Position numbers and translations under genes: made by a program | Notes under the pieces: generated by a model | The model's database searches: none | Seen by the model: the letters and a program-made list of their open reading frames with translations, nothing else | Told to the model about the DNA's origin: nothing | Shown here: piece after piece, positions 1-13,539 of the stretch | How the letters are laid out: each line of letters begins with the position of its first letter | How positions within the stretch are numbered: the stretch's first letter is position 1 | Assembly (NCBI GenBank): GCA_051313645.2 | Contig: JBNRSN020000470.1 | Location: forward strand, 248,001-312,000 | Reading direction: 5' to 3' | DNA from: Centroscyllium fabricii | Lineage: Eukaryota | Length of the DNA stretch: 64,000 nucleotides

Positions 1-1157
1 GCCGTACTGCGAGTGATAATACCTGCCGTACTGGGAATGGGAATACCTGCCGTACTGGGGAGATAATACCCGCCGTACTGGGGGAGATAATACCTGCCGT
101 ACTGGGGGAGATAATACCCGCCGTACTGTGGGAGATAATACCCGCCGTACTGGAGGAGATAATACCCGCCGTACTGGGAGTGATAATACCTGCTGTACTG
201 GAGGAGATAATACCCGCTGTACTGGGGATGATAATACCCGCTGTACTGGGGGAGATAATACCCGCCGTACTGGGGGAGATAATACCCGCCGTACTGGGGG
301 AGATAATACCCGCCGTACTGGGGGAGATAATACCCGCCGTACTGGGGGAGATAATACCCGCCGTACTGGGGGAGATAATACCCGCCGTACTGGGGGAGAT
401 AATACCTGCCGTACTGGAGGCGATAATACCCGTCGTACTGGAGGAGATAATACCCGCCGTACTGGGAGTGATAATACCTGCTGTACTGGAGGAGATAATA
501 CCCGCCGTTCTGGGGATGATAATACCCGCCGTACTGGGGGAGATAATACCCGCCGTACTGGGGGAGATAATACCCGCCGTACTGGGGGAGATAATACCTG
601 CCGTACTGGGGGAGATAATACCCGCCGTACTTGGGGAGATAATACCCGCCGTACTGGGGGAGATAATACCCGCCGTTCTGGGGGAGGTAATACCCGCCGT
701 ACTGGAGGAGATAATACCCAACGTATTGGGAGTGATGATACCCGCCGTACTGGAGGAGATAATACCTGCCCTACTGGGAATAATAATATTCGCCGTTCTG
801 GGGGAGATAATACCCGCCGTACTGGGGGTGATAATACTCGCCGTACTGAGGGAGATAATACCCACCGTACTCGGGGAGATAATACCCGCCGTACTGGAGG
901 AGATAATACCCGCCGTACTGGGGCGTCATAATAACAGCCGTACTGGGGGTGATAATACCTGCCGTACTGGTTGAGATAATACCTGCTGGACTGGGGGTGA
1001 TAATACTCGCCGTACTGAGGGAGATAATACCCACCGTACTCGGGGAGATAATACCCGCCGTACTGGAGGAGTTAATACCCGCCGTACTGGGGCGTCATAA
1101 TACCAGCCGTACTGGGGATGATAATATCTGCCGTACTGGGAATGGTAATACCTGCCG

Positions 1158-4100
1158 TACTGGGGGGAATAATACCGGACATACTGTGGGCGATAATTGC
1201 TGCTGTACTCGGGGAGATAATACCTGCCGTACTGGAGGAGATAATACCCGCTGCAGTGGGGGAGATAATACCCGCCGTACTGGGGGAGATAATACCTGCC
1301 GTACTGGAGGAGATAATACCCTCCGTCCTGGGGGAGATAATACCCGCCGTACTGGAGGAGATAATACCCGCCGTACTGGAGGAGATAATACCCGCCGTAC
1401 TGGAGGAGATAATACCCGCCGTACTGGGGGAGATAATACCTGCCGTACTGGGGGAGATAACACCCGCCGCACTGGTTGTGATAATACCCGCCGTACTAGG
1501 GGAGATAATACCTGCCATACTGGGGGTGATAATACCGCCGTACTGGGGGAGATAATACCCGCCGTAGTGGGGGTGATAATACCCGCCGTACTGGGGGAGA
1601 TAATACCTGCCGTATTGGGGGAGATAATACCCGCCGTATTGGGGGAGATAATACCCGCCGTATTGGGGGAGATAATACCCGCCGTATTGGGGGAGATAAT
1701 ACCCGCCGTATTGGGGGAGATAATACCCGCCGTATTGGGGGAGATAATACCCGCTGTATTGGGGGAGATAATACCCGCCGTACTGGGGGAGATAATACCC
1801 GCCGTACTGGGGGAGATAATACCCGCCGTACTGGGGGAGATAATACCCGCCGTACTGGGGGAGATAATACCCGCCGTACTGGGGGAGATAATACCCGCCG
1901 TACTGGGGGAGATAATACCCGCCGTACTGGAGGAGATAATACCTGCCAAGTGGGGTGATAATACCTGCCGTATTGGGGGAGATAATACCCGCCGTATTGG
2001 GGGAGATAATACCCGCCGTATTGGGGGAGATAATACCCGCCGTATTGGGGGAGATAATACCCGCCGTATTGGGGGAGATAATACCCGCCGTATTGGGGGA
2101 GATAATACCCGCCGTATTGGGGGAGATAATACCCGCCGTATTGGGGGAGATAATACCCGCCGTATTGGGGGAGATAATACCCGCCGTATTGGGGGAGATA
2201 ATACCCGCCGTATTGGGGGAGATAATACCTGCCGTACTGGGGGTGATAATACCCGCCGTACTGGGGGTGATAATACCCAATGTACTGGGAGTGATAATAC
2301 CCAACGTACAGGGAGTTATAATACCTGCTGTACTGGGGGAGATAATACCTGCCGTACTGGGGGAGATAATACCTGCCGTACTGGGGGAGATAATACCTGC
2401 CGTACTGGAGGCGATAATACCCGCCGTACTGTGGGAGATAATACCCGCCGTACTGGAGGAGATAATACCCGCCGTACTGGGGATGATAATACCCGCCGTA
2501 CTGGGGGAGATAATACCCGCCGTACTGGGGGAGATAATACCCGCCGTACTGGGGGAGATAATACCCGCCGTACTGGAGGCGATAATACCCGTCGTACTGG
2601 AGGAGATAATACCCGCGGTACTGGGAGTGATAATACCTGCTGTACTGGAGGAGATAATACCCGCCGTTCTGGGGATGATAATACCCGCCGTACTGGGGGA
2701 GATAATACCCGCCGTACTGGGGGAGATAATACCCGCCGTACTGGGGGAGATAATACCCGCCGTACTGGGGGAGATAATACCTGCCGTACTGGGGGAGATA
2801 ATACCCGCCGTACTGGGGGAGATAATACCCGCCGTACTGGGGGAGATAATACCCGCCGTACTGGGGGAGATAATACCCGCCGTACTGGAGGAGATAATAC
2901 CTGCCAAGTGGGGTGATAATACCTGCCGTATTGGGGGTGATGATACCCGCCGTACTGGGGGTGATGATACCCGCCGTACTTGGGGAGATAATACCCGCCG
3001 TACTGGAGGCGATAATACCCGCCGTACTGGTGGAGATAATACCCGCAGTACTGTGGGAGATAATACCCGCCGTACTGGAGGAGATAATACCCGCCGCACT
3101 GGGAGTGATAATACCTGCTGTACTGGAGGAGATAATAGCCGCCGTACTGGGGATGATAATACCGGCCGTACTGGGGGAGATAATACACGCCCTACTGGGG
3201 GAGATAATACCTGCCGTACTGGAGGCGATAATACCCGCCGTACTGGAGGAGATAATACCCGCAGTACTGTGGGAGATAATACCCGTCGTACCGGAGGAGA
3301 TAATACCCGCCGTACTGGGGGTGATAATACCCAACGTAATGGGAATGATAATACCCAACGTACAGGGAGTTATAATACCTGCTGTACTGGGGGAGATAAT
3401 ACCTGCCGTACTGGGGAGATAATACCCGCTGTACTGGGGAGATAATACCCACCGTACTGGGGGAGATAATACCCGCCGTACTGGGGGAGATAATACCTGC
3501 TGTACTGCGAGTGATAATACCTGCCGTACTGGGAATGGGAATACCTGCCGTACTGCGGAGATAATACCCGCCGTACTGCGGAGATAATACCCGCCGTACT
3601 GGGGGAGATAATACCTGCCTTACTGGGGGAGATAATACCTGCCGTACTGGAGGCGATAATACCCGCTGTACTGGGGGAGATAATACCTGCTGTACTGGAG
3701 GAGATAATACCCGCCGTTCTGGGGATGATAATACCCGCCGTACTGGGGGGAATAATACCGGACATACTGTGGGCGATAATTGCTGCTGTACTCGGGGAGA
3801 TAATACCTGCCGTACTGGAGGAGATAATACCCGCTGCAGTGGGGGAGATAATACCCGCCGTACTGGGGGAGATAATACCTGCCGTACTGGAGGAGATAAT
3901 ACCCGCCGTACTGGGGGAGATAACACCCGCCGCACTGGTTGTGATAATACCTGCTGTACTGGGGGTGATAATACCCGCCGTACTGGGGTGATAATACCTG
4001 CCGTACTGGAGGGGATAATACCCGCCGTACTGGAGGGGATAATACCCGCCATACTGGGGGTGATAATACCGCCGTACTGGGGGAGATAATACCCGCCGTA

Positions 4101-6260
4101 GTGGGGGTGATAATACCCGCCGTACTGGGGGAGATAATACCTGCCGTATTGGGGGAGATAATACCCGCCGTATTGGGGGAGATAATACCCGCCGTATTGG
4201 GGGAGATAATACCCGCCGTATTGGGGGAGATAATACCCGCTGTATTGGGGGAGATAATACCCGCCGTATTGGGGGAGATAATACCCGCCGTATTGGGGGA
4301 GATAATACCCGCCGTATTGGGGGAGATAATACCCGCTGTATTGGGGGAGATAATACCCGCCGTACTGGGGGAGATAATACCCGCCGTACTGGGGGAGATA
4401 ATACCCGCCGTACTGGGGGAGATAATACCCGCCGTACTGGGGGAGATAATACCCGCCGTACTGGGGGAGATAATACCCGCCGTACTGGAGGAGATAATAC
4501 CTGCCAAGTGGGGTGATAATACCTGCCGTATTGGGGGAGATAATACCCGCCGTATTGGGGGAGATAATACCCGCCGTATTGGGGGAGATAATACCCGCCG
4601 TATTGGGGGAGATAATACCCGCCGTATTGGGGGAGATAATACCCGCCGTATTGGGGGAGATAATACCCGCCGTATTGGGGGAGATAATACCCGCCGTATT
4701 GGGGGAGATAATACCCGCCGTATTGGGGGAGATAATACCCGCCGTATTGGGGGAGATAATACCCGCCGTATTGGGGGAGATAATACCCGCCGTATTGGGG
4801 GAGATAATACCCGCCGTACTGGGGGTGATAATACCCGCCGTACTGGGGGTGATAATACCCAATGTACTGGGAGTGATAATACCCAACGTACAGGGAGTTA
4901 TAATACCTGCTGTACTGGGGGAGATAATACCTGCCGTACTGGGGGAGATAATACCTGCCGTACTGGGGGAGATAATACCTGCCGTACTGGAGGCGATAAT
5001 ACCCGCCGTACTGTGGGAGATAATACCCGCCGTACTGGAGGAGATAATACCCGCCGTACTGGGAGTGATAATACCTGCCGTACTGGAGGAGATAATACCC
5101 GCCGTACTGGGGATGATAATACCCGCCGTACTGGGGGAGATAATACCCGCCGTACTGGGGGAGATAATACCCGCCGTACTGGGGGAGATAATACCCGCCG
5201 TACTGGAGGCGATAATACCCGTCGTACTGGAGGAGATAATACCCGCGGTACTGGGAGTGATAATACCTGCTGTACTGGAGGAGATAATACCCGCCGTTCT
5301 GGGGATGATAATACCCGCCGTACTGGGGGAGATAATACCCGCCGTACTGGGGGAGATAATACCCGCCGTACTGGGGGAGATAATACCTGCCGTACTGGGG
5401 GAGATAATACCCGCCGTACTGGGGGAGATAATACCCGCCGTACTGGGGGAGATAATACCCGCCGTACTGGGGGAGATAATACCCGCCGTACTGGAGGAGA
5501 TAATACCTGCCAAGTGGGGTGATAATACCTGCCGTATTGGGGGTGATGATACCCGCCGTACTGGGGGTGATGATACCCGCCGTACTTGGGGAGATAATAC
5601 CCGCCGTACTGGAGGAGATAATACCCGCCGCACTGGGAGTGATAATACCTGCTGTACTGGAGGAGATAATAGCCGCCGTACTGGGGATGATAATACCGGC
5701 CGTACTGGGGGAGATAATACCCGCCCTACTGGGGGAGATAATACCTGCCGTACTGGAGGCGATAATACCCGCCGTACTGGAGGAGATAATACCCGCAGTA
5801 CTGTGGGAGATAATACCCGTCGTACCGGAGGAGATAATACCCGCCGTACTGGGGGTGATAATACCCAACGTAATGGGAATGATAATACCCAACGTACAGG
5901 GAGTTATAATACCTGCTGTACTGGGGGAGATAATACCTGCCGTACTGGGGAGATAATACCCGCTGTACTGGGGGAGATAATACCCGCCGTACTGGGGGAG
6001 ATAATACCCGCCGTACTGGGGGAGATAATACCCGCCGTACTGGAGGGGATAATACCCGCCGTACTGGGGGAGATAATACCTGCTGTACTGCGAGTGATAA
6101 TACCTGCCGTACTGGGAATGGGAATACCTGCCGTACTGCGGAGATAATACCCGCCGTACTGCGGAGATAATACCCGCCGTACTGGGGGAGATAATACCTG
6201 CCGTACTGGGGGAGATAATACCTGCCGTACTGGAGGCGATAATACCCGCTGTACTGGGGG
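1158..6260. repeat. Higher-order tandem duplication, ~2.55-2.6 kb period (approx. 1158-3700 / 3741-6260)
   Basis: The same rare variants recur in the same order: CCGGACATACTGTGGGCGATAATTGC, the GTATTG runs, GCCAAGTGGGG and CCCAACGTAATGGGAAT. ORF starts 1955/4513 (offset 2558) and 2913/5519 match. Confidence 0.85.
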
Positions 6261-9200
6261 AGATAATACCCGCTGTACTGGGGGAGATAATACCCGCCGT
6301 ACTGGGGGAGATAATACCTGCCGTACTGGAGGCGATAATACCCGTCGTACTGGAGGAGATAATACCCGCCGTACTGGGAGTGATATTACCTGGTGTACTG
6401 GAGGAGATAATACCTGCCGTTCTGGGGTTGATAATACCCGCCGTACTGGGGGAGATAATACCCGCCGTACTGGGGGAGATAATACCCGCCGTACTGGGGG
6501 AGATAATACCCGCCGTACTGGAGGGGATAATACCCGCCAAGTGGGGTGATAATACCTGCCGTATTGGGGGTGATGATACCCGCCGTACTGGGGGTGATGA
6601 TACCCGCCTTACTTGGGGAGATAATACCCGCCGTACTGGAGGCGATAATACCCGCCGTACTGGTGGAGATAATACCCGCCGTACTGGGAGTGATAATACC
6701 TGCTGTACTGGAGGAGATAATAGCCGCCGTACTGGGGATGATAATACCCGCCGTACTGGGGATGATAATACCCGCCGTACTGGGGGAGATAATACCCGCC
6801 GTACTGGGGGAGATAATACCCGCCGTACTGGAGGCGATAATACCCGCCGTACTGGAGGAGATAATACCCGCAGTACTGTGGGAGATAATACCCGCCGTAC
6901 TGGAGGAGATAATACCCGCCGTACTGGGAGTGATAATACCCGCCGTACTGGGGGAGATAATACCCGCCGTACTGGGGGAGATAATACCCGCCGTACTGGG
7001 GGAGATAATACCCGCCGTACTGGGGGAGATAATACCCGCCGTACTGGGGGAGATAATACCCGCCGTATTGGGGGAGATAATACCCGCCGTATTGGGGGAG
7101 ATAATACCCGCCGTATTGGGGGAGATAATACCCGCCGTACTGGGGGTGATAATACCCGCCGTACTGGGGGGTGATAATACCCAATGTACTGGGAGTGATA
7201 ATACCCAACGTACAGGGAGTTATAATACCTGCTGTACTGGGGGAGATAATACCTGCCGTACTGGGGGAGATAATACCTGCCGTACTGGAGGCGATAATAC
7301 CCGCCGTACTGTGGGAGATAATACCCGCCGTACTGGGGGAGATAATACCCGCCGTACTGGGAGTGATAATACCTGCTGTACTGGAGGAGATAATACCCGC
7401 TGTACTGGGGATGATAATACCCGCCGTACTGGGGGAGATAATACCCGCCGTACTGGGGGAGATAATACCCGCCGTACTGGGGGAGATAATACCCGCCGTA
7501 CTGGGGGAGATAATACCTGCCGTACTGGAGGCGATAATACCCGTCGTACTGGAGGAGATAATACCCGCCGTACTGGGAGTGATAATACCTGCTGTACTGG
7601 AGGAGATAATACCCGCCGTTCTGGGGATGATAATACCCGCCGTACTGGGGGAGATAATACCGGCCGTACTGGGGGAGATAATACCCGCCGTACTGGGGGA
7701 GATAATACCTGCCGTACTGGGGGAGATAATACCCGCCGTACTGGGGGAGATAATACCCGCCGTACTGGGGGAGATAATACCCGCCGTACTGGGGGAGATA
7801 ATACCCGCCGTACTGGGGGAGATAATACCCGCCGTACTGGAGGAGATAATACCTGCCAAGTGGGGTGATAATACCTGCCGTATTGGGGGTGATGATACCC
7901 GCCGTACTGGGGGTGATGATACCCGCCGTACTTGGGGAGATAATACCCGCAGTACTGGAGGCGATAATACCCGCCGTACTGGTGGAGATAATACCCGCAG
8001 TACTGTGGGAGATAATACCCGCCGTACTGGAGGAGATAATACCCGCCGCACTGGGAGTGATAATACCTGCTGTACTGGAGGAGATAATACCCGCCCTACT
8101 GGGGGAGATAATACCTGCCGTACTGGAGGCGATAATACCCGCCGTACTGGAGGAGATAATACCCGCAGTACTGTGGGAGATAATACCCGTCGTACCGGAG
8201 GAGATAATACCTGCCAAGTGGGGTGATAATACCTGCCGTATTGGGGGTGATAATACCTGCTGTACTGGAGGAGATAATACCCGCCGTACTGGGGGTGATA
8301 ATACCCAACGTACTGGGAATGATAATACCCAACGTACAGGGAGTTATAATACCTGCTGTACTGGGGGAGATAATACCTGCCGTACTGGGGGAGATACTAC
8401 CTGCCGTACTGGGGAGATAATACCCGCTGTACTGGGGAGATAATACCCGCTGTACTGGGGAGATAATACCCACCGTACTGGGGGAGATAATACCTGCCGT
8501 ACTGGGGGAGATAATACCTGCTGTACTGCGAGTGATAATACCTGCCGTACTGGGAATGGGAATACCTGCCGTACTGCGGAGATAATACCCGCCGTACTGC
8601 GGAGATAATACCCGCCGTACTGGGGGAGATAATACCTGCCGTACTGGGGGAGATAATACCTGCCGTACTGGAGGCGATAATACCCGCCGTACTGGGGGAG
8701 ATAATACCCGCCGTACTGGAGGAGATAATACCCGCCAAGTGGGGTGATAATACCTGCCGTATTGGGGGTGATGATACCCGCCGTACTGGGGGTGATGATA
8801 CCCGCCGTACTTGGGGAGATAATACCCGCCGTACTGGAGGCGATAATACCCGCCGTACTGGTGGAGATAATACCCGCAGTACTGTGGGAGATAATACCCA
8901 CCGTACTGGGGGAGATAATACCCGCTGTACTGGAGGAGATAATACCCGCCGTACTGGGAGTGATAATACCCGCCGTACTGGGAGTGATAATACCCGCTGT
9001 ACTGGAGGAGATAATACCCGCCGTACTGGAGGAGATAATAGCCGCCGTACTGGGGATGATAATACCCGCCGTACTGGGGATGATAATACCCGCCGTACTG
9101 GGGGAGATAATACCCGCCGTACTGGGGGAGATAATACCCGCCGTACTGGAGGAGATAATACCCGCCGTACTGGGAGTGATAATACCCGCCGTACTGGGGG

Positions 9201-12082
9201 AGATAATACCCGCCGTACTGGGGGAGATAATACCCGCCGTACTGGGGGAGATAATACCCGCCGTACTGGGGGAGATAATACCCGCCAAGTGGGGTGATAA
9301 TACCTGCCGTACTGGGGGTAATAATACCCGCCGTACTGGGGTAGATAATACCCGCCGTACATGGGGTGATAATACCCGCCGTACTGGGGGGGATAATATC
9401 CGCCGTACTGGGGGTGTTGATACCTGCCGTACTAGGAGTGATGATACCTGACGTACTGGGGGAGATAATAGCCGTCGTACTGGGGGAGATAATAGCCGCC
9501 GTACTGGGGGAGATAATATCCGCCGTACTGGGGGTGTTAATACCTGATGTACTGGGGGTGATAATACCTGCCGTACTGGGGGTGATAATACCTGCCGTAC
9601 TGGGAGTGATAATACCTGACGTACTGGGGGAGATAATACCCGCCGTACTGGGGGTGATAATACCCGCCGTACTGGGGGTGATAATACCCGCCGTACTGGG
9701 GGAGATAATACCCGCCGTACTGGGGGAGATAATACCTGCCGTACCGGGAGAGATGATACCTGCCGTACTGGAGGTGATAATACCTTCCGTACTGGGAGTG
9801 ATAATACCTACCATACTGGGAGAGATAATACCTGCCGTACTGTGGGAGATAATAACTGCCGTACTGTGGGAGATAATACCCACTGTACTGGGGGAGATAA
9901 TACCCGCAGTACTGGGGGAGATAATACCTGCCGTACTGGGGGAGATAATACCCGCAGTACTGGGGGTGATAATACCTGCCGTACTGGGGTGATAATACCC
10001 ACCGTACTGGGGGAGGTAATACTCGCCGTACTCGGGGAGATAATACCTGCCGTACTGGGGGAGATAATACCCGCTGTACTGGGGGAGATAATACCTGCCG
10101 TCCTGGGGGAGATAATACCCGCCGTACTGGGGGAGATAATACTCGCCGTACTGGGGGAGATAATACTCGCCGTACTGGGTGAGATAATACCCGCCGTACT
10201 GGGGGAGATAATACCTGCCGTACTGGGGGAGATAATACCTGCCGTACTGGAGGCGATAATACCCGCCGTATTGGAGGAGATAATACCCGCCGTACTGTGG
10301 GAGATAATACCCGCCGTACCGGAGGAGATAATACCCGCCGTACTGGAGGAGATAATACCTGCCGTACTGGAGGAGCTAATACCCGCCGTACTGGGGGAGA
10401 TAATACCCGCCGTACTGGGGGAGATAATAGCTGCCGTACTGTGGGAGATAATACACGCCGTACTGGGGGAGATAATACCCACCGTACTGGGGGAGATAGT
10501 ACCCGCCGTACTGGGGGAGATAATACCCGCCGTACTGGAGGAGATAATACCCGCCGTACTGGGGGAGATAATACCCGCCAAGTGGGGTGATAATACCTGC
10601 CGTATTGGGGGTGATAATACCCGCCGTACTTGGGGAGATAATACCCGCCGTACTGGGGGAGATAATACCCGCCGTTCTGGGGGAGGTAATACCCGCCGTA
10701 CTGGAGGAGATAATACCCAACGTATTGGGAGTGATGATACCCGCCGTACTGGAGGAGATAATACCTGCCGTACTGCGAATGATAATACCCGCCGTACTGA
10801 AGGAGATGATACCTGCCCTACTGGGAATAATAATATTCGCCGTTCTGGGGGAGATAATACCCGCCGTACTGGGGGTGATAATACTCGCCGTACTGAGGGA
10901 GATAATACCCACCGTACTCGGGGAGATAATACCCGCCGTACTGGAGGAGATAATACCCGCCGTACTGGGGCGTCATAATACCAGCCGTACTGGGGGTGAT
11001 AATACCTGCCGTACTGGTTGCGATAATACCTGCTGTACTGGGGGTGATAATACCCACCGTACTCGGGGCGATAATACCCGCCGTACTGGAGGAGATAATA
11101 CCCGCCGTACTGGGGCGTCATAATACCAGCCGTACTGGGGATGATAGTACCTGCCGTACTGGGGGGAATAATACCGGACATACTGTGGGCGATAATTGCT
11201 GCCGTACTCGGGGAGATAATACCTGCCGTACTGGAGGAGATAATACCCGCTGTAGTGGGGGAGATAATAACCGCCGTACTGGGGGAGATAATACCTGCCG
11301 TACTGGAGGAGATAATACCCTCTGTCCTGGGGGAGATAATACCCGCCGTACTGGAGGAGATAATACCCGCCGTACTGGGGGAGATAATACCTGCCGTACT
11401 GGGGGAGATAACACCCGCCGCACTGGTTGTGATAATACCTGCTGTACTGGGGGTGATAATACCCGCCGTACTAGGGGAGATAATACCCGCAGTACTGTGG
11501 GAGATAATACCCGCCGTACTGGGGGAGATAATACCCGCTGTACTGGAGGAGATAATACCCGCCGTACTGGGAGTGATAATACCTGCTGTACTGGAGGAGA
11601 TAATAGCCGCCGTACTGGGGATGATAATACCCGCCGTACTGGGGATGATAATACCCGCCGTACTGGGGGAGATAATACCCGCCGTACTGGGGGAGATAAT
11701 ACCCGCCGTACTGGGAGTGATAATACCCGCCGTACTGGGGGAGATAATACCCGCCGTACTGGGGGAGATAATACCCGCCGTACTGGGGGAGATAATACCC
11801 GCCAAGTGGGGTGATAATACCCGCCGTACTGGGGTAGATAATACCCGCCGTACATGGGGTGATAATACCCGCCGTACTGGGGGGGATAATATCCGCCGTA
11901 CTGGGGGTGTTGATACCTGCCGTACTAGGAGTGATGATACCTGATGTACTGGGGGAGATAATAGCCGTCGTACTGGGGGAGATAATAGCCGCCGTACTGG
12001 GGGTGATAATATCCGCCGTACTGGGGGAGATTATACCCGCCGTACTGGGAGAGATGATATCTGCCGTACTAAGGGTGATAAT

Positions 12083-12342
12083 GTGGAGGTGCCGGTGTTG
12101 GACTGGGGTGGACAAATGCAAGAAGTCACACAACACCAGATTTATAGTCCAACGGTTTTATTTTAAATCACAAGCTTCCGGAGCGCTGCTCCTTCCTCAG
12201 GTGGACAGACAGAAGAGACTGACTTAAAGATCACACATATCGGAGGAAGGGAGAAATCCGACCTCTTCCACATCTCACCCCAGCAGAGACTGAGAGCACA
12301 CAAAGGCACATTAACATATTTTAACACCTCAGTCTGCGAGCA
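12083..12342 (-). mobile_element. 260-bp insert, copy 1: Penelope-like element pseudo-LTR 3' end (~120 bp) plus ~140 bp unassigned sequence
   Basis: The minus strand reads CAC CTGAGGA AGGAGCAGCGCTCC GGAAGCTT GTG ATTTAAAATAAAACCGTTGGACTATAAATCTGGTGTTGTGTG...CCCCAGTCCAACACCGGCACCTCC. This hammerhead-like core followed by AATAAA resembles shark Penelope-type repeat ends (recognised from memory). No clear TSD. Confidence 0.75.
12169..12203 (-). ncRNA. Minimal type I hammerhead ribozyme motif, degenerate (GAAA>GGAA), copy 1
   Basis: Stem I CAC/GUG, core CUGAGGA, stem II GGAG-cagcg-CUCC, then GGAA in place of GAAA, and palindromic AAGCUU as minimal stem III. Confidence 0.7.
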
Positions 12343-13539
12343 ATGATACCCGTCGTACATGGGGTGATAATACCCGCCGTACTGGGGGAGATAATACCCG
12401 CCGTACTGGGAGAGATGATACCTGCCGTACCAAGGGTGATAATACCTTCCGTACTGGGGTGATAATACCCGCCGTACTGGAGGTGATAATACCTTCCGTA
12501 CTGGGAGTGATAATACCTACCGTACTGGGAGAGATAATACCCGCCGTACTGTGGGAGATAATAACTGCCGTACTGTGGGAGATAATAACTGCCGTACTGT
12601 GGGAGATAATAACTGCCGTACTGGGGGAGATAATACCCGCCGTACTGGGGGAGATAATACCCGCCGTACATGGGGTGATAATACCCGCCGTACTGGGGGA
12701 GATAATATCCGCCGTAGTGGGGGTGATAATACCCGCCGTACTGGGGTACATAATACCCGCCGTACATGGGGTGATAATACCCGCCGTACTGGGGGAGATA
12801 ATATCCGCCGTACTGGGGGAGATAATATCCGCCGTACTGGGGGTGTTAATACCTGATGTACTGGGGGTGATAATACCTGCCGTACTGGGGGTGATAATAC
12901 CTGCCGTACTGGGGGTGATAATACCTGCCGTACTGGGGGTGATAATACCTGACGTACTGGGGGTGATAATACCTGACGTACTGGGGGAGATAATACCCGC
13001 CGTACTGGGGGAGATAATACCCGCCGTACTGGGGGTGATAATACCCGCCGTACTGGGGGTGATAATACCCGCCGTACTGGGGGAGATAATACCCGCCGTA
13101 CTGGGGGAGATGATACTCGCCGTACTGGGAGAGATGATACCTGCCGTACTAAGGGTGATAATACCTTCCGTACTGGGGTGATAATACCTGCCGTACTGGG
13201 GGTGATAATACCTGCCGTACTGGGGGAGATAATACCTGCCGTACTGGGGGAGATAATACCTGCCGTACTGGGGGAGATAATACCCGCCGTACTGGGGGTG
13301 ATAATACCCGCCGTACTGGGGGAGATGATACCCGCCGTACTGGGAGAGATGATACCTGCCGTACTAAGGGTGATAATACCTTCCGTACGGGGAGTGATAA
13401 TACCTACCGTACCGGGAGAGATAATACCTGTCGTACTGTGGGAGATAATAACTGCCGTACTGTGGGAGATAATAACTGCCGTACTGGGGGAGATAACACC
13501 CGCCGAACTGCGTGAGATACTACCCGCCAAGGGGGGAGA

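Noticed and set aside
11859-12360. ORFs with unique-looking ends (…WRCRCWTGVDKCKK…; MYDGYHCSQ…), repeated at 28888 and 44968
   Set aside because: These are chance read-through into the non-coding Penelope-like insert, with no recognisable domain.
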